Shown piece by piece: positions 62,542 to 64,000 of a DNA stretch of 64,000 nucleotides. The DNA lies in the NCBI GenBank assembly GCA_046715765.1, contig JBKJYH010000046.1, forward strand, positions 9 to 64,008, given 5' to 3'. Every line of letters begins with the position of its first letter. Positions within the stretch are counted from its first letter, which is position 1. The DNA comes from Candidatus Limnocylindria bacterium (GTDB lineage: Bacteria > Chloroflexota > Limnocylindria > QHBO01). The notes below the pieces were generated by a model. That model was not told the origin of the DNA. It was given only the letters and a program-made list of their open reading frames with translations, and searched no databases. The position numbers were made by a program, and so were the translations under genes.

Positions 62542-64000
62542 ATGTCCGATTCCCTGCGCATCATCCCGCTCGGTGGGGTGGGCGAGGTCGGCAAGAACAT
62601 CACCCTCATCGAGATCGACGACGAGATCCTCGTGGTCGACTGCGGCCTGGCATTCCCGGAGCCGGAGATGTTGGGCATCGACCTCGTCATTCCCGACGTT
62701 ACCTATCTCGAGGAACACCGCGACAAGGTGCGCGGCATCGTGCTGACCCACGGCCACGAGGACCACACCGGCGCACTGCCCTACGTGCTGCCGAAGATCC
62801 CCGGAACCCCGATCTACGCCACACGCCTGACCGAGGGCCTCGTGCAGGGCAAGCTGCGCGAGCACAAGCTGCTCGACTCGACACCCCTCCACGTGGTCGA
62901 GCCGGGAGTCGAGTTTGCCGTCGGCAGCTTCCGGATCACGGCCTTCCGCGTCAACCACTCGATTCCCGACGGGGTGGGCTACGCGATCGAGACGCGGCTC
63001 GGGACGGTCGTGCACACCGGCGACTTCAAGTTCGATCACACGCCTCCGGACGGCAGACGTGCCGACCTGGGGCTCATTGCCGAGATCGGCAACCGTGGCG
63101 TCGCATTCCTGCTGTCCGACTCGACCCGCGCCGAGCGCGAGGGTTACACCCTGTCGGAGGCGACCGTGGGGGAGAGCCTGCACCGGCTTGTTGGCGAAGC
63201 GCCCGGCCGGGTGATCGTGGCCACCTTCGCGTCGAACATCGGCCGCGTGCAACAGGTCATCGATGCCGCCTGGGCGCATGGCCGCAAGATGGTCGCCATC
63301 GGTCGCAGCATGGAGCAGAACACCGCGATCGCCCTCGAGCGTGGCTATTTGGACGGTCGCGACGGCACCTTTGTCAAGAAGGAGCAGCTCCAGCGGCTGC
63401 CGAAGGACCAGCTGGTGGTCATGACCACCGGCAGCCAGGGCGAGCCGATGAGCGGGCTGACGCGGATGAGCAACCGCGACCACCGCAACATCAGCATCGA
63501 GCCCGGCGACACCGTCATCGTGTCCGCCTCGCCCATCCCGGGCAACGAGGAGGCCGTGGCCAAGACCATCGACAACCTCTTCAAGGAGGGGGCCATGGTC
63601 CACTACGAACCGCTCGTGCACTGCCACGTCTCCGGTCACGGGTCGCGGGAGGAGCTCAAGCTCATGCTCGGCCTCGTCAAGCCCTCCCATTTCGTGCCCG
63701 TCCACGGCGAGTACCGCATGCTCGTGCAGCACGGTCTGCTGGCCGAGGGCGCCGGAGTCGACGTCGACAAGATCTTCGTGCTGGAGAACGGCCAGGTCGT
63801 CTCGTTCGACGGAGAGCGGGCCAGCATGGCGGGCTCGGTTGCCGCCGGCGCGGTCCTGGTCGACGGGATCGCCGCGATCGACGGCATCGATGGCGTCGTG
63901 CTGCGTGATCGGCGCATGCTCGCGTCGGACGGCGTGGTCATGGTGGCCCTCACCATCGACGGCAAGACCGGGCAGCTGGTCGGCCAGCCCGACCTCGTCA
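62542..64000 (+). CDS. rnj: ribonuclease J (metallo-beta-lactamase / beta-CASP), 3'-truncated by the window end
   Basis: HGHEDHTG motif. ATG 62542 preceded by TAGGAG. Not in the ORF track because it runs off the window. Confidence 0.85.
   Translation, partial: MSDSLRIIPLGGVGEVGKNITLIEIDDEILVVDCGLAFPEPEMLGIDLVIPDVTYLEEHRDKVRGIVLTHGHEDHTGALPYVLPKIPGTPIYATRLTEGLVQGKLREHKLLDSTPLHVVEPGVEFAVGSFRITAFRVNHSIPDGVGYAIETRLGTVVHTGDFKFDHTPPDGRRADLGLIAEIGNRGVAFLLSDSTRAEREGYTLSEATVGESLHRLVGEAPGRVIVATFASNIGRVQQVIDAAWAHGRKMVAIGRSMEQNTAIALERGYLDGRDGTFVKKEQLQRLPKDQLVVMTTGSQGEPMSGLTRMSNRDHRNISIEPGDTVIVSASPIPGNEEAVAKTIDNLFKEGAMVHYEPLVHCHVSGHGSREELKLMLGLVKPSHFVPVHGEYRMLVQHGLLAEGAGVDVDKIFVLENGQVVSFDGERASMAGSVAAGAVLVDGIAAIDGIDGVVLRDRRMLASDGVVMVALTIDGKTGQLVGQPDLV

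Overview
This is a high-GC (~70%) bacterial chromosomal window, almost entirely core housekeeping genes, with a gene order typical of high-GC Gram-positive-like or Chloroflexi-like lineages. Contents in order: tRNA-Val; a LemA / HtpX-like M48 protease / unknown 322-aa cassette; a small apparent islet (tandem-duplicated type-1 copper cupredoxin lipoprotein plus LuxR-type response regulator and sensor kinase, all minus strand), bounded on one side by a degenerate tRNA-Phe-like fragment and on the other by a five-tRNA cluster (Phe, Gly, Gln, Cys, Leu); an orphan CpaE/TadZ-like pseudo-receiver-ParA ATPase; rpsF-ssb-rpsR; ilvE; ileS; lspA-rluD-gmk-priA-def-fmt; rlmN-rpe; dtd; rpmB; recG-rsmD-coaD; the yceD-rpmF-plsX-(nusB-like)-acpP-rnc-smc-ftsY-ffh-rpsP-KH-rimM-trmD-rplS-rnhB-yraN block; a LysM lytic transglycosylase; rpsB-tsf-pyrH-frr-uppS-cdsA-dxr-rseP; nusA-ylxR-infB-rbfA-nrnA-truB-ribF-rpsO-pnp; a family-4 uracil-DNA glycosylase; and the 5' part of RNase J. 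No CRISPR array, integrase or transposase is visible. The most unusual object is the pnp gene. Its single continuous 881-aa ORF carries a complete DnaQ-like DEDDh 3'-5' exonuclease domain inserted in the alpha-helical linker between the two RNase PH domains of polynucleotide phosphorylase. Other points of note: a recurring promoter -10 motif GCTATACT(C)GG in front of many operons; a leader terminator/attenuator upstream of nusA with no rimP; structured leaders before ileS, rplS, rpsB and pnp; nusB sitting where fabD/fabG are usually found; and a uppS whose conserved N-terminus has no canonical start codon. Most overlapping or antisense ORFs in the six-frame track are high-GC artefacts. Coordinates of RNA and regulatory elements were counted by eye and may be off by a few bases.
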